A stretch of 64,000 bases of DNA from a virus, in the IMG/VR virus record IMGVR_UViG_3300023296_001674. One strand, 5' to 3'. Within the stretch, counting starts at the first letter, position 1. The number at the start of each line of letters is the position of its first letter. This document shows, piece by piece, positions 48,601 through 59,800 of the stretch. The translations under genes were made by a program, and so were the position numbers. The notes beneath the pieces are model-generated. The model was not told the origin of the DNA. It saw only the letters and a list, made by a program, of their open reading frames with translations, and did not search any database.

Positions 48601-51600
48601 ATGCCACTAATAATGATCGCATCATTAGAAATAGGTGCAAACCAAGGAATACCAGCAAGTGTGGGATTAGTCATTGAACGTGCAATTTGTGCCACCGATT
48701 GATTTCGAGTTTTAACATTAGGAACAGTTTCACTATTTTTAACCCAGAAATAATATGATGTAACATCAAGTTTTGTTGTTCTATCTGTTATAGTCTTTTT
48801 TGTATATGGTGGATTTTCTGAAACATCAGCCATAAATGCGTCACCAGATGGTTTATATTCAAAACTTTCTTCTGGTTGATCTGCATTTTCTTCAACATAA
48901 TTTGCCCATTCCAATGGTGGAACTGGTGATTTAACCCAATCATAAACATCTATGGATTTGCCATTAATAATTGTGCCCCAGTTATTACGACGCTGTCTAT
49001 TAGAACCTTGATCATATATTGTATATTCAACCGCAGATACATCCCACCATGCTTTTCCAACATATGAATCATTCCATGACATTGTTGGATCGATTTGAAA
49101 TACCGTTTCGTCACCATCGGTGTATTTAGCTGGATCATATTCGATGCGATATGATAAATCCCCAGTAACTTGTGATGGAAATAATCCTTTAGCTGGATCG
49201 AATACACTCATTCTTGCATCGGTTATATCTTCTATATTATTATATAATATAGATTGTGAAAATAAATCAACATCTATTCTCGATGATTGTGTTCTTTCGA
49301 CATTGTCATATTCTGCTATGTCCCAACTTGCGCCATTATATACATAAACTTCCCATAATGGAACTATTTCCGAAATAGTGGTTCGAGTGTCAACATATAC
49401 ATAATCATCTGCAACGAATGTTATACTACCAAGAACGGCATTTATTGTAGCAGCATCACGTGCGGCAATATCAACAAATCTCGATTCTGTAAATACACCC
49501 AAAGTTCCATGGTGAACACCAATATTGGTATCATTTGATATAGTGTTTTGTATCACAAAACTATCACTTGATAATGCGACGAATGTTCCAGCAGTTAACC
49601 CAATTTCATTTAATACATTTTCATATGTACCAGCAACAATCCCAAGATCGGCAAATGCGGTGTCACCACCATCATCTGCAACAACCAATGATGTTGTAGT
49701 ATTCGATATTCTCAATGCAGCGCCTTCATTTACTGCAACGATATCTGTTATAAGTGCAGCAGTAATATCAGTCACTGCGTCATCAATGGTGGATACCAGA
49801 TCATATGTTAAAACACTTAATCCTAAATCTGCCAATGCGGTTCCGCCGCCTTCGGCTAATATAAATGCACTTTCACCTTCGATTACTAAACCACCAGAAC
49901 GTTTATATGCAGTAATTCCAGATACTGAAGCCAAGTTAATATCTATTATCGCAGAATCTACATCAGTTCCAGTAGAAAGTGTGATTATTGTTGCGTCAAT
50001 ATCTATTGTTTGACTATTAGTATATGTGGCATTGGCGGTTCCTAGCGCTGTGGCGGTTCCAGTTGAAAGTGTAACAGGTGTGCCACTAATACTTATTATA
50101 TGTCCATTCGTGTATGTAGCCCCAACGTCACCAATAACAGATGCATCTGAGCCAACTGTAAGAACTATGTCGGCAGTTTCTATATCAACTAATGTTATTG
50201 CGTCACCGGAGTTGTATGCACTAACATGTGGAACCAACGCGTCATTGATTAATGCTATTATTTCATCCACGGTGTCGCATATTATATCGATGCGTTGTCC
50301 GTTGATGGTTATATACATTCCCTCTATTAACTCACCCAACGATGTAAATGTCGTGCCTGTAACTTCAGTTGGTACAGTTATAACATATGAACCATTAATA
50401 TCAGGGCTAGTTCCTTCATCACTATCAATCATAACTATTTGACTGGTTATAAATCCATGATCTGCCGACGATAACACTAATGTTCCGCCATTATCCGATG
50501 GTAACACTGGTAAACTAAAGGTTAATCCAGTATCAGTATAACGATATACCATAAAACTGTTATTATATCTTACCATAGGATCGTCGTCATTTATATCATT
50601 TGGGTCATTAATATCATAATAATTGCTTATATCATCAACCCAAATTAAATCACCAAACGCTAAATCTATTGCGGTTAATGTTATTTTTTGCGTATCGAAT
50701 ATTTCATCGCGTTCTTCTATTGTATTCACGTGATAAGTTACTTCATCATCTAACACATAACCACCAACAGAAACGTCTGTTCTAAATAAATATGAAGAAT
50801 TTTTAGATCGAATTTCTGCTGTTGGTGTTCTATAAGGAAAACGAGCAAGACCATCAAACGGAGGTCTAGTTATCCAACGATCATCATCGGTAGTCATTTC
50901 TATTATATCATCAAATTTACTATCAGGATTTTCCGCAGTTGTAAAATCTATGAAATTAATCATTTGTGGTTCTGCACGCCATTCTTCTTCGAATAACGAG
51001 AAACCTATTTGTGCAAAATCTTGAACAGCACCATATTCTCCCAATCGCAACGCCCATTCTTCAAATATGGTAATATCACCAGAATCATCGTCGCTATTAC
51101 GGAATAATTTATCAATAACTAATCTAGTTCCTTTTTCGCGAATGAAACCTTGATAGAATTGGAATTGGGTGTCACCACTCATTCCCAAACCAGTGAGATA
51201 ATCACGCTCTTGGAATCCTATCAAACGCCTTGCGGATGATTCTAATACAGTTCTATCTACGCTATTTTCAATAGAAAAATACTTTCTAATATCATTTACT
51301 GATTTTTCAAAGTTTGGTGTTAGCGTATTTCCAGTTATTATATATCCAGGAGCATCATATTTACCATCCCATCCACCCGCACGCGTAGTGAATACTTTAA
51401 GCCTATATTGGCGAAGGTTGAGTAATGGATTGTATATCAAATCATTAAATATAGTGCTATTACTAAATGTTATTATGTGTTCATATTCGGTGACAAACAA
51501 TCTAGCAGAAAATATATATCTACCATTAATTGGAACCACTAATATGGTATTATCATCATCGCGTGATATAAATGTATCTTCTGGTTGAATCACTCTACCA

Positions 51601-54600
51601 TCACGGTCTAATAAACTATAAACGCCGTTTATTATTTGTTCCATATTCGCAACAATTCCATGATCACTTTTAAACTTAACACGTTCCGCAAGTGGACTAA
51701 CAACCATTAATGAACCATCGTCCCAATTACCTTGTGACCAAAATAAGAATTGCTTACCAGATAAACTCCAATCGTTTTGTTCATTTTGATCATAATCAAA
51801 TCCATCAAATATCCATCCTTTTGATTCAAGATATATACCATATCCTATAAGAAAATCATAAAGACTTTGTCTCGAATTGAATATAGTGCCATAAGGAATT
51901 GTATTAACGGTGTCTTTATAATCAGACGATTTCAAAACACGAATAGTTCCCACCTCGATGGCTATTTGACGCGAGCTTTTAATAGGAATATTCATTGTAA
52001 ATACTGGATTTAATGCATCGTATCCATTTACAGTCCATCCTGTGCCCACACGTTCTATAATAACGCCACTATATAGCTCTTCGCGTATACTAGGTGAATT
52101 GTATAGCAAAGTAGTTACATCTTCCTGTGGAACAACGCCGAAGTTATCTGCCACCACTCTAGTTGAATTGGTATTGATAAATCCACCCATTTTATGAGCT
52201 AATCTAACATCAATATTACGAATAACATCACCAAATTTACCAGTTATAGATTGCCCATTAAATGTAACGTAATTGGTAATCCATTGTTGGATGCCATCAG
52301 ATAGAACAACTTCGCCGCTATCCAATGTTTCACCATGAACATATAGTTCACTTAGACGTAATCTATCACGAGTTTCGTCGCTGATCCATTGTTTATTCGT
52401 TTGTGTACCATGTGCATAACTATATACATTAGAGTTCCAACCCAATTCGATAAATCTGGATGGTTTCATCAAGTAACTTATTTGAGCTATCGCAAACGAC
52501 CATCCCTCGCTGCGTCTAAACACCGATTCAGCAGGCCCATGATCACCAATTTCCCAATCTGCGCGTGCATCATTTACGCCGGGCTGTGAAACTATTCCAA
52601 GAGCAACAGGGTCTAACAACATACCAGAACCATTAACAGGTATGGTCACATCCGGTCTTTCATATTTGGCATATATTCCAGCACGTGAACCCCCCGCAAT
52701 ACGCCCAGCTTTCATATCATTCCATAAAAATGTATTGCTGCTTGTATATGGTGCAACACCATATCTATCGTTCCACCATTCTGGTGTTTGGCTAAATCCG
52801 AACATTTCCCAAGGGTGTGTGTTAGGACGATCCGTGTCATAACAAAATTTATATATGCCGCGCCAATAACCAGGAACGCCTTGTTTACTATAGTTCCATG
52901 TAAATGGGTCAGTGGGTGAATATATAGAATTTTCAGATAGATTTATATCATTAAATACCGCCCATCGCTGTATTATAGGAGTTAATAATTTATTGAATTC
53001 TACTACCGAATATTCGCCGACATTATGATTAGTTGTATTATATATAGTCCAATCAAAATCTGGTAGATTTTCGGTTTTGTAATCATCAGGTATGGTGTTA
53101 TATATATTGTTTTCAAAATCCAAAATAACATCATCACGAAAATCGTTATACGCTATAACTATACTGCCGTCATGCATTTGTAATACATTCTTGGCTGGTG
53201 AATAAGTGGAATCAAGATATATACCGGGTTTGTATACTTGATATATACCCAATCTACTCGGACTTGATGGATGATATGTAGACTCATCGTTTGCGCGGAT
53301 ACCCATTCCACTCAATGAAAATGGAAAATCATTTATTTTTCCTAAATTAATAGAATCTAATGCATCTTCAACCCATTCAGAAGGAGCTTGTGTATCAGAA
53401 TGTATACCATCGTTGTTATATTCAGTTATCTTACGTAAAAATTTATTTCTAAATCTGATGTACTCACGTTCTACATAACGCACCGATAACATAAAATCGA
53501 TAGCTCTATCACTCCCTAATGCTAAAGTTTTCAATAGCGGTGTGCGGTGTTGTAATATCCATTCACCCACTGAACGATCCTGTGTGGTATCTCTCCAGTT
53601 ATTAGCACCATTTGGTGTGCCTATCAATCCTACTTGATTATTAATAACACTTGTAAAATGAGCAAAATAATCACTATTAGCAATGTAATCAACTTCAATA
53701 TTGTCTGGGTTGGCAGTCAAGTTTATTGGTATTTCATATGTTACGTCTTCGATATTATTATTACTGTAGTAATATATTTTTATTATATCAGACTTAATCA
53801 ATGCGTTATCGAAAATAATATTTTTACCACCCACTGTCCAATTGTCAAATTGTTGGATGCCATTAATATACACATCAATTAAATTCAAATCGGTAGGTTC
53901 GGTTGATAATGTTACAATATTAGTTGTTATATTAGAAAAATTCTCAATAATACGTTGATTGCTTTCCTCAATCCTAACATTCCAACCATTATTATAATTA
54001 TTCATGACATCATCAATATTCCGAATATTGTAATAATAATACCCAACTTCTTCTTCTTGTGGTGTATTGAATGAATATCTATCAGTTACAAGATGATTTT
54101 CAAATATAATTTCACTAAAATCATTGAAAGTAAGTGGAATATTTAATACATCATCCAATGGTTGTCGAGGGTCATCATTTAATTGATATCCGAACACTTT
54201 GCCACCCACGAAATTACTTAATGGGTATTCACCAGGGTCTTGTAATTTAATAGCATTTGTATCGTATAATTGAAACAATGGATATTGATTGGTTGTTAAT
54301 TTGCTTTGAGATTCCACCCAAAAATCTTCACTATCACTCCAATAATATGTTATACCTTGATGTGTAACACCCAATAATATGTTTATTTGATCTCCGTCTA
54401 TGGGTGAGCCATCCTCGCTTTGACCGTCTGCAACCAACGTCAATGTTATACCACCGCCTACACCAACGCCATTTATTTCAAATACTCTATTCTGAAAAAC
54501 AGTCGTTAATTGTATAAACGTAACATTACCAGTACCAAGTTCGCCAACGTCAACCAATGGTTCTACAAATGTCATTATTTTTCCTGACAAATCAATATCT

Positions 54601-55991
54601 TGAATTGTGTATATTCCATCATTTGCTGTTGTTCCACTCATTGATATTCTCATACCAGTAGAAAATCCTAATGTAAAGAAATTTTCAGCTAATGTGATAG
54701 CTACTGCACTACCAGTAACCTCAGTTAATGATATATCACCTATTGGTGCGGAGTATGACACATTATAAAATGGATCAAATGTTCCAGTTGCCCATTCGAA
54801 TCCATCTTGACCTAATTGTGGGTGTGGTGCAGACAATGCAGTTACGTTAAATTCGCTAGGGTCTTCAAAATCCCAGCCTTGTTCGTCCCATAAACCCTGT
54901 AAGGATGGCGTATTCGTGAATAATACTGTATCACCATCCCTCATATCTATGCCATCAATAGTATAAGATTGTTGACCTAATATTTGAACTGCTGGATCAG
55001 TAGTAACATCATCACGAACAGTTGCTGCACCTCGACCATGTGTTCCATGATTATAAAGTTCCATATCTTTTTGAAATTCGATAATAGGTCTTGTTGCTTG
55101 TCGAGTTAATGCAATAGTAAGTTGTGATTGCGTTAGTTCATCGCGATGATACCAACGATTTCCTTTACTCCATGCATTATTATCAGAAGCGCCTCGTTCC
55201 ATTACTATATAATCTGGATTATCGGCAGAAATTATCACTTCAAAGTCTGTTCCATCCCATGGATTATCATCCCATCCTGAAATAACATCATCCCATCCCG
55301 CTTGATCTAATTCTGAATCAGTTTCTAATGCAAATGCAACTCCGACTCCACTTATTACAAATACGCGATCATTATATAATGTTGAGATGTCTTCTTTAAA
55401 TAATACTCTCATGCCATCTTCTAATTCTACACCTTGAATCGTAACAGGGTCGGCAGTTCCTATTTTATTACCAATATCGGTAATTTCGAGAAATATATTT
55501 ATATCTGGTCCTGATGGGAACCAAAAATAATTGGTAAAATTCATTATTTTATCAGGATTGATTGGTGGGAGCCATGAATAAATCTCGGATTTAAATAATC
55601 TATCTTGATTATAAGTTAATCCACCTTGAAATCTTATTAAATCCAATAAATCATCATATACCATAACGTTGGTTATTTCTGTTGTGTCTGGATCAACGCT
55701 AATCATTGATGGCTCAAGTTGATGCTCTTGGCGTTCTTTTGATTGCTCATTAATATAAAAATCAGTAGTCAAATCAGTATGAGTGGGTGTTCTTCCTATA
55801 AAGCCAGATATTTTTTCAGATATTTCTGGTTGAAATAGATTGTCGGCGGTCCCTGCAAAAAACTTTCTCAATAAATCAGTATTAAATACATCAGGAAGTT
55901 GCTTTATTATCCTTCGACGTTCAATTATATTGGCGCTTTTTTCAACATCAATTGCATCAACTGGTGTTGGTTTACCGTTATTTTCTTCCAT
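45651..55991 (-). CDS. Giant (3446 aa) virion structural protein, probably baseplate-associated
   Basis: Follows the gp6-like gene with TAATG overlap; EEWALRLGEYG, EAKPYHTKLR, PEELV, GWD repeats; acidic composition. Confidence 0.8.
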   Translation of the reverse strand: MEENNGKPTPVDAIDVEKSANIIERRRIIKQLPDVFNTDLLRKFFAGTADNLFQPEISEKISGFIGRTPTHTDLTTDFYINEQSKERQEHQLEPSMISVDPDTTEITNVMVYDDLLDLIRFQGGLTYNQDRLFKSEIYSWLPPINPDKIMNFTNYFWFPSGPDINIFLEITDIGNKIGTADPVTIQGVELEDGMRVLFKEDISTLYNDRVFVISGVGVAFALETDSELDQAGWDDVISGWDDNPWDGTDFEVIISADNPDYIVMERGASDNNAWSKGNRWYHRDELTQSQLTIALTRQATRPIIEFQKDMELYNHGTHGRGAATVRDDVTTDPAVQILGQQSYTIDGIDMRDGDTVLFTNTPSLQGLWDEQGWDFEDPSEFNVTALSAPHPQLGQDGFEWATGTFDPFYNVSYSAPIGDISLTEVTGSAVAITLAENFFTLGFSTGMRISMSGTTANDGIYTIQDIDLSGKIMTFVEPLVDVGELGTGNVTFIQLTTVFQNRVFEINGVGVGGGITLTLVADGQSEDGSPIDGDQINILLGVTHQGITYYWSDSEDFWVESQSKLTTNQYPLFQLYDTNAIKLQDPGEYPLSNFVGGKVFGYQLNDDPRQPLDDVLNIPLTFNDFSEIIFENHLVTDRYSFNTPQEEEVGYYYYNIRNIDDVMNNYNNGWNVRIEESNQRIIENFSNITTNIVTLSTEPTDLNLIDVYINGIQQFDNWTVGGKNIIFDNALIKSDIIKIYYYSNNNIEDVTYEIPINLTANPDNIEVDYIANSDYFAHFTSVINNQVGLIGTPNGANNWRDTTQDRSVGEWILQHRTPLLKTLALGSDRAIDFMLSVRYVEREYIRFRNKFLRKITEYNNDGIHSDTQAPSEWVEDALDSINLGKINDFPFSLSGMGIRANDESTYHPSSPSRLGIYQVYKPGIYLDSTYSPAKNVLQMHDGSIVIAYNDFRDDVILDFENNIYNTIPDDYKTENLPDFDWTIYNTTNHNVGEYSVVEFNKLLTPIIQRWAVFNDINLSENSIYSPTDPFTWNYSKQGVPGYWRGIYKFCYDTDRPNTHPWEMFGFSQTPEWWNDRYGVAPYTSSNTFLWNDMKAGRIAGGSRAGIYAKYERPDVTIPVNGSGMLLDPVALGIVSQPGVNDARADWEIGDHGPAESVFRRSEGWSFAIAQISYLMKPSRFIELGWNSNVYSYAHGTQTNKQWISDETRDRLRLSELYVHGETLDSGEVVLSDGIQQWITNYVTFNGQSITGKFGDVIRNIDVRLAHKMGGFINTNSTRVVADNFGVVPQEDVTTLLYNSPSIREELYSGVIIERVGTGWTVNGYDALNPVFTMNIPIKSSRQIAIEVGTIRVLKSSDYKDTVNTIPYGTIFNSRQSLYDFLIGYGIYLESKGWIFDGFDYDQNEQNDWSLSGKQFLFWSQGNWDDGSLMVVSPLAERVKFKSDHGIVANMEQIINGVYSLLDRDGRVIQPEDTFISRDDDNTILVVPINGRYIFSARLFVTEYEHIITFSNSTIFNDLIYNPLLNLRQYRLKVFTTRAGGWDGKYDAPGYIITGNTLTPNFEKSVNDIRKYFSIENSVDRTVLESSARRLIGFQERDYLTGLGMSGDTQFQFYQGFIREKGTRLVIDKLFRNSDDDSGDITIFEEWALRLGEYGAVQDFAQIGFSLFEEEWRAEPQMINFIDFTTAENPDSKFDDIIEMTTDDDRWITRPPFDGLARFPYRTPTAEIRSKNSSYLFRTDVSVGGYVLDDEVTYHVNTIEERDEIFDTQKITLTAIDLAFGDLIWVDDISNYYDINDPNDINDDDPMVRYNNSFMVYRYTDTGLTFSLPVLPSDNGGTLVLSSADHGFITSQIVMIDSDEGTSPDINGSYVITVPTEVTGTTFTSLGELIEGMYITINGQRIDIICDTVDEIIALINDALVPHVSAYNSGDAITLVDIETADIVLTVGSDASVIGDVGATYTNGHIISISGTPVTLSTGTATALGTANATYTNSQTIDIDATIITLSTGTDVDSAIIDINLASVSGITAYKRSGGLVIEGESAFILAEGGGTALADLGLSVLTYDLVSTIDDAVTDITAALITDIVAVNEGAALRISNTTTSLVVADDGGDTAFADLGIVAGTYENVLNEIGLTAGTFVALSSDSFVIQNTISNDTNIGVHHGTLGVFTESRFVDIAARDAATINAVLGSITFVADDYVYVDTRTTISEIVPLWEVYVYNGASWDIAEYDNVERTQSSRIDVDLFSQSILYNNIEDITDARMSVFDPAKGLFPSQVTGDLSYRIEYDPAKYTDGDETVFQIDPTMSWNDSYVGKAWWDVSAVEYTIYDQGSNRQRRNNWGTIINGKSIDVYDWVKSPVPPLEWANYVEENADQPEESFEYKPSGDAFMADVSENPPYTKKTITDRTTKLDVTSYYFWVKNSETVPNVKTRNQSVAQIARSMTNPTLAGIPWFAPISNDAIIISGIEHLLTNTDSVYQLNYNITHTDINHHREWALSRDGDDSDVPTDRFWNKMRDSLVGYDVNNDIVPDPNLEQSRKYGNFIRPRQTWFVHREEAIRILFNAINIELLHQCIVDDRPTMFDNLNNTSVEPVLYVSGTKAVNMYDYHVGDNTERDTLATSAIISIGEQVWVDGITETLSFWKVYVYDGIDITTQKPIYTEIHSEAYKVADLWNIIDYFEIGFDEDTEASLTVDTIPEMNALIDPFDDMIVRVRDSNSDGTNVWAIYQYQPVDAFNPWALKAKEGCTIEFLIDVITDSTYGNVDTLTDQSGRDQALRVIIDALRNDILTNLEQNQMFYVMIRYVFSEQHLVDWVFKTSYILAVGLNQAANQNPVLTTDTTDNIIEFINEAKPYHTKLRDFTTKENFGIDDYITHVTDFDKPVYTDPDTNITRVLSLDIPADVAILSDSSSLQNDWFNNYIADSDNIRQGNVQILFDRVSCDASGGWDNLFGWDSGVNENWDLSTFALNETAADRIIRLYAPQPFSITDVDPATINPANDVSESKDIASLISGCGFKGTIVDGAGMVIDIDDIDNFLDGGAMLNPGAPINPDDIIVDGNLFIQPSSESNHPEELVLSIIGESISICVNSLEMFEVIGTDIHGGTYNNGETIDINGVIITLSSGVFPADAVIDITDAVINAAEGSAIKPISVSFDGTNMKILSSVDSIILVEGSGTALVDLGFTANVASQSVSGAPNTAFKHWLNSTKARESQSISPFFLTTLDAIFTDTDTDIFVTKTTGLQSTGALIVGSFVDGIPAYEFITYTSVVDNTISGLTRPNPITHNSGIVLVLNVDEFTVADWEFYRINDAATTTLAADFNLGDIEMEITSVVGLPKQKVDEDLMKIPGVIWIGGERIEYHRRDGTTLRYIRRGTGGTSAGLDSIYDSGGDLISNYLDVNVGDVIYPSGTRIIDGTQKQAIPGGYSWEASPAGLQSLDSTLSTFLKNGSGSC

Positions 55992-58900
55992 TATTTACCA
56001 ATCCTTAGTATGTTATCATTAAACGATGTAACTATTTGTATATCAGACACCTTGGCGGAGCTTATAAACACTTCATTAGCAGCAGAACGAACTTGAAATA
56101 AATCGCCAAATTTTTGTTCTGCGTCCAATGGTACCAACACAATAGAACTTATTTGTGTAGCTAATCGTTGATGTATAAATGCAGACAATTCAGTGTAATA
56201 AAATGTCTCACCAAAATCAAAATTATTTATACCAAAATATTCATTCATAGTACTTATAATATCAGATTTTATTTGACCATCACTACTTGATGTGCCATCA
56301 ATTTTTGTTACCTTAAATCTTGCACGCAAAGATTCGTCTGCTTGATCACCAAATAGTAATTTATATTTTATAGGATGCCATGATATTTCATCACTAATCA
56401 TTTTATTTTGCACTTCTTCTGAAAATAAATTACTCAAATCTTCATTCGTTTGTGGTGTTGGGCGTGTATCGGCAGTGGAGCCAACATCAATCCATTTACG
56501 TATTTCTGTATCATACGCTATAGTCATAACATATATATCTATGACGTTTGTTATAGCAGGGTCTATTCTATTTTGAATTGCCGAATAATGTTTCCATTGA
56601 AAATAAAGACTATTTCTACCACGTTTATATAAATATAATCCAGTAACCAACACAAATTCATCCAATCCTTCACCTATTACTGATTGATAGAAATCTTCTG
56701 TATCGCGGAAATATATAACATCACCTTGTAATATAGCAGCATCAAACAATGATGGTTTATTTGACGATGATGCTGGTGTTGGTTCTAATAAATCACCAGG
56801 ATCAACATTATATGCAGACGCCACCGCATCAGATGGTCTAAACTCGATAAATCCATCACTGTTTGTAAATGATTCCCAGTATAATTCGGAGGCATCCAAT
56901 GTATTATCTATTAATGGCAAATTTATTGTGTTATCAGCATCATCAGTTCCGTCACCAAATCCGGTTATTTTAGTAATAATCTCAAATAATGTTGGATCAT
57001 CAGGTATACCATCTTCGTCTGTATCGGGATATGTTATTTTAATTCTTCTTGGATCAATATATCCATCACTCTCTGTAAATACAGATTCTATATTAAATGA
57101 ATAATCTATACCCAAACCATCACATGGTGTGATTTCATTAAATATTACACTATCTGGAGTAGTCAACAAATCAGCTTCGAATTGTGGATTAATCTTAAGT
57201 GTTTTAACGAAATCGCTTACAGACCTACCCGTATTTGGGTCAATGATGTTATTATTTTCCGAGAAATAAAATCTCATATCAATATCGCTTTCGTATATAT
57301 AATCCATACCACGCGAGGTAAAACGCCAATTCGTTGGGCTAAAATCCGCCCTAATCAACCAACTAGAATCCAATGGCAATCCCAATTCACTTCCTGCATC
57401 ATCAAATGAAAAATCAGTATCGATGTCCGCTATATTATCACCAGTAACGACAATCCATGTTTCGGTTGTGACATCATATCTAATACCGAATGTGTTATGT
57501 TGTGATAACTGCGATTTTATAGATGCGTGTTCGATATCACTAAATTGCGTTTTTAGACGCATAATAATCAACTCAACATAATCTTCTTCATCAACACTTT
57601 CTGACAATCCAACTGAGCCATCACCATTGGTCAATATAGTATCACCATCACCTATGATGCTAACAATAGAAACCCATCCGGCTTTATTAAATTTAACCAA
57701 TGATCCTTCACCCATGTGAAATTCAGGCGTAGCAGGTGTAGCGTTTTCGCCTATTTTAATAGGTGCTTCACTAACATAATTCTGTTGGTCTACATCTGTA
57801 AAAAATCTACCTGTGCTGCTATTAACTGCATTTGTTGCAGATCGCCAATATGTTCCATACACGCGTGCAGGATACGTAGTTGGTGCAGCGGTAATTCCAA
57901 AATCCGCAAATACAATTCCAATGTCTTCTAATATTAACGAGCCGCCACCAGTTTTTTCTATATTAAGACGATCATTGTCGATATCCGCAGTAACATTTGT
58001 TATAGCTGCGCCGTTAATATCATCAACTATTGATTGTAGGTCGATTTGTGTGCTAGAACCCGCAGTTAAAACAACTGTATTGCCATCTATTATTATACTT
58101 TGTGGTAATGCATCGGTATTAACTTGAACACCCAACACAACCGCATCACCCGTCACACCTGCTATCGCTGCTACTATTGCTTCCGTTGGTTCAAATCTAG
58201 GATAATTAAAATAGAAAAAATGTTTACGTTCAATTTTAGTTACTAATGGTAATATAATTTGATTTATTATAGTATCATCACTTAAATCTGATATACCATC
58301 AACGAGCGCCAATTCCTCAAGGGTATTATTAATATCAAAATATAACAATCCATCTTCGCCAAATAAATTAACGTTTTGTGTTTTTCCGGTGGGATCATTA
58401 ATATCTATATAACGATTAAATCCACTATAAATTCTATTCACTGCTTTTATTTTCGCCGCTTCTGGATTGCGCAATGGAAACACGTTATAATCTTCACCAT
58501 TGACCATTCGATTTTGAACATAAAACCCTTGCTGTGCTATTTGTTTTATATTTTCAGTTTGTTGCGTAGGCGCGGAATTACTCACCTGTTCTTGTAGGGA
58601 GAAAGTTAAGCTAACAAAAAATGTGCTATTATCTATACTGCTTTTATAAGGTATATCAAGACGATTATTTCTCATATTTTCTGGCTTGATTGTATATCGT
58701 TTGTTCGCCGATTCTCTATACCATGTTCTAAATATTCCAACAGGAACATTGCCATAACGTCCATCAGCAAATTTGATATCTATTTTGTCATCTGGTTGTG
58801 TTATCACACTAAAAATATTGCGTATATCTTTTTCAACGCTATTGAATATGATATTACTACCAGTTACAGATGGAACCTTTTCCCACTTGTTTATAATAAA

Positions 58901-59800
58901 TCCACTTTCGTCAATTTCTTGAACGAATACATCTGAATTATTGATATTCGTTCCACTTATGTTTAATATTCTATTCTCAATAGGAACATCTATCAAAAAA
59001 TCTTCTTTTATTAAGGAACCTTGTTTAAAGTATAAGAAAAATCCTGTATTGGTACTAGCATTACCTTCGCCATCATTTCTATAAATGATATTCAATGGAT
59101 CGGTAGGATCGGGATCGCGCTCAAAGAAAAATTCATTGGTTGTAAAGTCTGGATTGACTATTTCAAAACCCAATGTTTCATTATTAATCACTGCGCTAAA
59201 CGGAAAAGCTCTATTTGCAGATGAATCATTATTCAATGTATATAATTGTGTTTTTATACCACTAACTGTGCCATCTTTTACCGGTTTACCAAAGGGAGCG
59301 GTAGATATAAATACCGCATTCAATACTAATACAAATTGTTCAAACCAATCAGGATTGTTCGCATCATTCCATCGTATTGTTCTATTCGCTAAATTGGTTC
59401 CGTTACTATCAGTTACTGGTTGTGTTGTTGATATTTGCTCAACTTTCAATAAACCATTGGCGGCTATGTTGCGACTTGCATTAAACGATATCATACGAGC
59501 GAGTTTTAATACAGATTCACGACGTTCTGCGGTATCTAAAAAGTTTTCACGTGTATTCAAATCAACTCTGAATGCCAATGATTGCCCTAAATATGCCAAT
59601 AATTCAATTATTGAAATAAATTCAGAACTTTCAACCCAATCATTAAAATCTTCAGGAAAATTAATTCTAATATAATCAACCATTGATGCACGGATTGTAT
59701 CAAAATCATATGCTGAAAAGTTAACTTCAGTAAATGCTCTGTATATTACTTTCCAATCTTCTGCGACAAATAATCCACTCTGTCTTGTTGCTGTAGCCAT
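55991..59800 (-). CDS. Baseplate wedge subunit (T4 gp6-like)
   Basis: YDFDTIR, FNDWVESSE, ENFLDTAERRESV, IKFADG, QNRMVNGEDY, FDFGETFY. Confidence 0.85.
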   Translation of the reverse strand: MATATRQSGLFVAEDWKVIYRAFTEVNFSAYDFDTIRASMVDYIRINFPEDFNDWVESSEFISIIELLAYLGQSLAFRVDLNTRENFLDTAERRESVLKLARMISFNASRNIAANGLLKVEQISTTQPVTDSNGTNLANRTIRWNDANNPDWFEQFVLVLNAVFISTAPFGKPVKDGTVSGIKTQLYTLNNDSSANRAFPFSAVINNETLGFEIVNPDFTTNEFFFERDPDPTDPLNIIYRNDGEGNASTNTGFFLYFKQGSLIKEDFLIDVPIENRILNISGTNINNSDVFVQEIDESGFIINKWEKVPSVTGSNIIFNSVEKDIRNIFSVITQPDDKIDIKFADGRYGNVPVGIFRTWYRESANKRYTIKPENMRNNRLDIPYKSSIDNSTFFVSLTFSLQEQVSNSAPTQQTENIKQIAQQGFYVQNRMVNGEDYNVFPLRNPEAAKIKAVNRIYSGFNRYIDINDPTGKTQNVNLFGEDGLLYFDINNTLEELALVDGISDLSDDTIINQIILPLVTKIERKHFFYFNYPRFEPTEAIVAAIAGVTGDAVVLGVQVNTDALPQSIIIDGNTVVLTAGSSTQIDLQSIVDDINGAAITNVTADIDNDRLNIEKTGGGSLILEDIGIVFADFGITAAPTTYPARVYGTYWRSATNAVNSSTGRFFTDVDQQNYVSEAPIKIGENATPATPEFHMGEGSLVKFNKAGWVSIVSIIGDGDTILTNGDGSVGLSESVDEEDYVELIIMRLKTQFSDIEHASIKSQLSQHNTFGIRYDVTTETWIVVTGDNIADIDTDFSFDDAGSELGLPLDSSWLIRADFSPTNWRFTSRGMDYIYESDIDMRFYFSENNNIIDPNTGRSVSDFVKTLKINPQFEADLLTTPDSVIFNEITPCDGLGIDYSFNIESVFTESDGYIDPRRIKITYPDTDEDGIPDDPTLFEIITKITGFGDGTDDADNTINLPLIDNTLDASELYWESFTNSDGFIEFRPSDAVASAYNVDPGDLLEPTPASSSNKPSLFDAAILQGDVIYFRDTEDFYQSVIGEGLDEFVLVTGLYLYKRGRNSLYFQWKHYSAIQNRIDPAITNVIDIYVMTIAYDTEIRKWIDVGSTADTRPTPQTNEDLSNLFSEEVQNKMISDEISWHPIKYKLLFGDQADESLRARFKVTKIDGTSSSDGQIKSDIISTMNEYFGINNFDFGETFYYTELSAFIHQRLATQISSIVLVPLDAEQKFGDLFQVRSAANEVFISSAKVSDIQIVTSFNDNILRIGK

